A stretch of DNA of 64,000 bases, from the NCBI GenBank assembly GCA_002633005.1, contig NMRA01000261.1, positions 522,861 through 586,860 on the forward strand, given 5' to 3'. Below are positions 62,701 through 64,000 of the stretch, piece after piece. Each line of letters starts with the position of its first letter. Position 1 is the first letter of the stretch. The notes beneath the pieces were generated by a model that saw only the letters and a list, made by a program, of their open reading frames with translations, was not told the DNA's origin and made no database searches. The DNA is from Phoronis australis. Its lineage: Eukaryota > Animalia > Phoronida. The position numbers and the translations under genes are program-made.

Positions 62701-64000
62701 ACGGATATCCAATTTCTTTATTTTCAAATATATTCTACTCCACGAATTTGCAGCATTAGCCAAATTTAAAAGGCAAATTCCATGAATACGGGGAAGTTTA
62801 AACATGGAGACTTTTGTTAAATGAAAATATTTAATAATTCCAAAAAATATTAAAGCAAAATTGCCCCCCCCCAAAGTGGTCACAAGAGTGCTTTATAAGT
62901 TTCCTATGACCCACGGCTCACGGCCCACAATGTGCACACATCACGATGCACGGTGTCCGGTAGCAAAGGAGTGTCGCTGGAGAGCCACAGTGACGTCGCA
63001 TCAGGCCGCACGGCCACGTTGGCAGTTGAAAAATGGCGCCTTGTAAAATGCAATCAAACTTATCCAGTGGAAAAAAAACATTGGCTTACAGTAAGTTACG
63101 TGGCTAGTAGCATAGATTGAGGACATCTCGTCGCAATTGCTGGCAGAGGTGTTGTGTAACCGTCACTGAAGGCACGAGAGTTGCTCATGGACTAAACTAA
63201 TTTGCACGTCGAAGTCGCCGGAAGTAGTCGTCGCAGATTGTACACACCCCTGCGACCATCTGGAACACCTCGAGTATTTTGCAACCTCAACATTTTCCTC
63301 GGAAGTGTTTCCTATCTGAGCACGCACGGCTTTGAACCCTAAGATCTCGGTTTTGCTAGTCATCCGATGTAGGGTCAATAATCACTGATATTATTAATTT
63401 ACGATTGAGATGGTATTAAGGATTTAATTGCAATAATCTTAGGATTGGCGTTCTCTTTGTGATCAAGAGGATAACTTACAGGATGAATATAGCTAATTCG
63501 GGCGTGAAAGCGTGGAGCTTGCAAATTACAAGATTTTTATGACATCATCGGTATTATTTAATTGCGCGCCACAATTGAGGGTATACGCACTCAGTGTGTG
63601 GAAGAAAAACGAGTGTGTGACAATCCTTAGTACGTTCGGAAATGGTGGTATATTTTTACAATTCTAGTATCTCAATTATCAGACCTGGTGTATAAACGGA
63701 AAACGTGTAAACGACACTGACGACGAACGAAAACAAATATCTGTACTTAAGAGAGTTTATGGTGCGGTTATTTAGTTTAGTTAGTTTTATAGAAAATACA
63801 AAACGTGCTGAAAGTAAAGTACTCCATATTTCTAAAATAGTAAAAGTAAAACGACGAGCGTTGGTACTAAATCGGTACTAAAATACATTAAAAGGTTTCC
63901 CACGTTTCGAGCTGCTCGGCTTTATTAAAGTCACTATTTCCTTTACTTTCGCCTGCTTAGATCACAAGTTAAGCTTTGCCAATCGAAAGATATCACTAAA

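Overview
AT-rich, intron-containing animal DNA. An invertebrate, possibly a lophotrochozoan, is inferred from the repeat types. It is a draft assembly with two N gaps and several single-N joins. Three host genes are supported. (1) A class A neuropeptide GPCR with a single coding exon (8315-9577, minus), orexin/allatotropin/QRFP-receptor-like. (2) A multi-exon ERI1 (SAP + DEDDh 3'-5' exoribonuclease) on the minus strand, 22656-28761. (3) A divergently oriented multi-exon RING-H2 E3 ligase on the plus strand, 35755-49077. The most striking structure is three TTAA-flanked non-autonomous Kolobok-type DNA transposons. Copy 1 keeps convergent stubs of a THAP transposase and a KolX/P2X7-ballast-like gene between ~150-bp TIRs. 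Copies 2 and 3 lie in introns of ERI1 and the RING gene and are a fold-back subfamily with the THAP end at both termini (~315-bp inverted repeats), reminiscent of Mu killer hairpin silencers. Also present: a Helentron-type element carrying about ten CTCF-like motifs, two LINE remnants, MITEs, tRNA-derived SINE-like pieces, minisatellites, a 36-bp G-U-biased hairpin and Penelope-type hammerhead-like motifs. All calls come from reading the sequence by eye; no database search was run.
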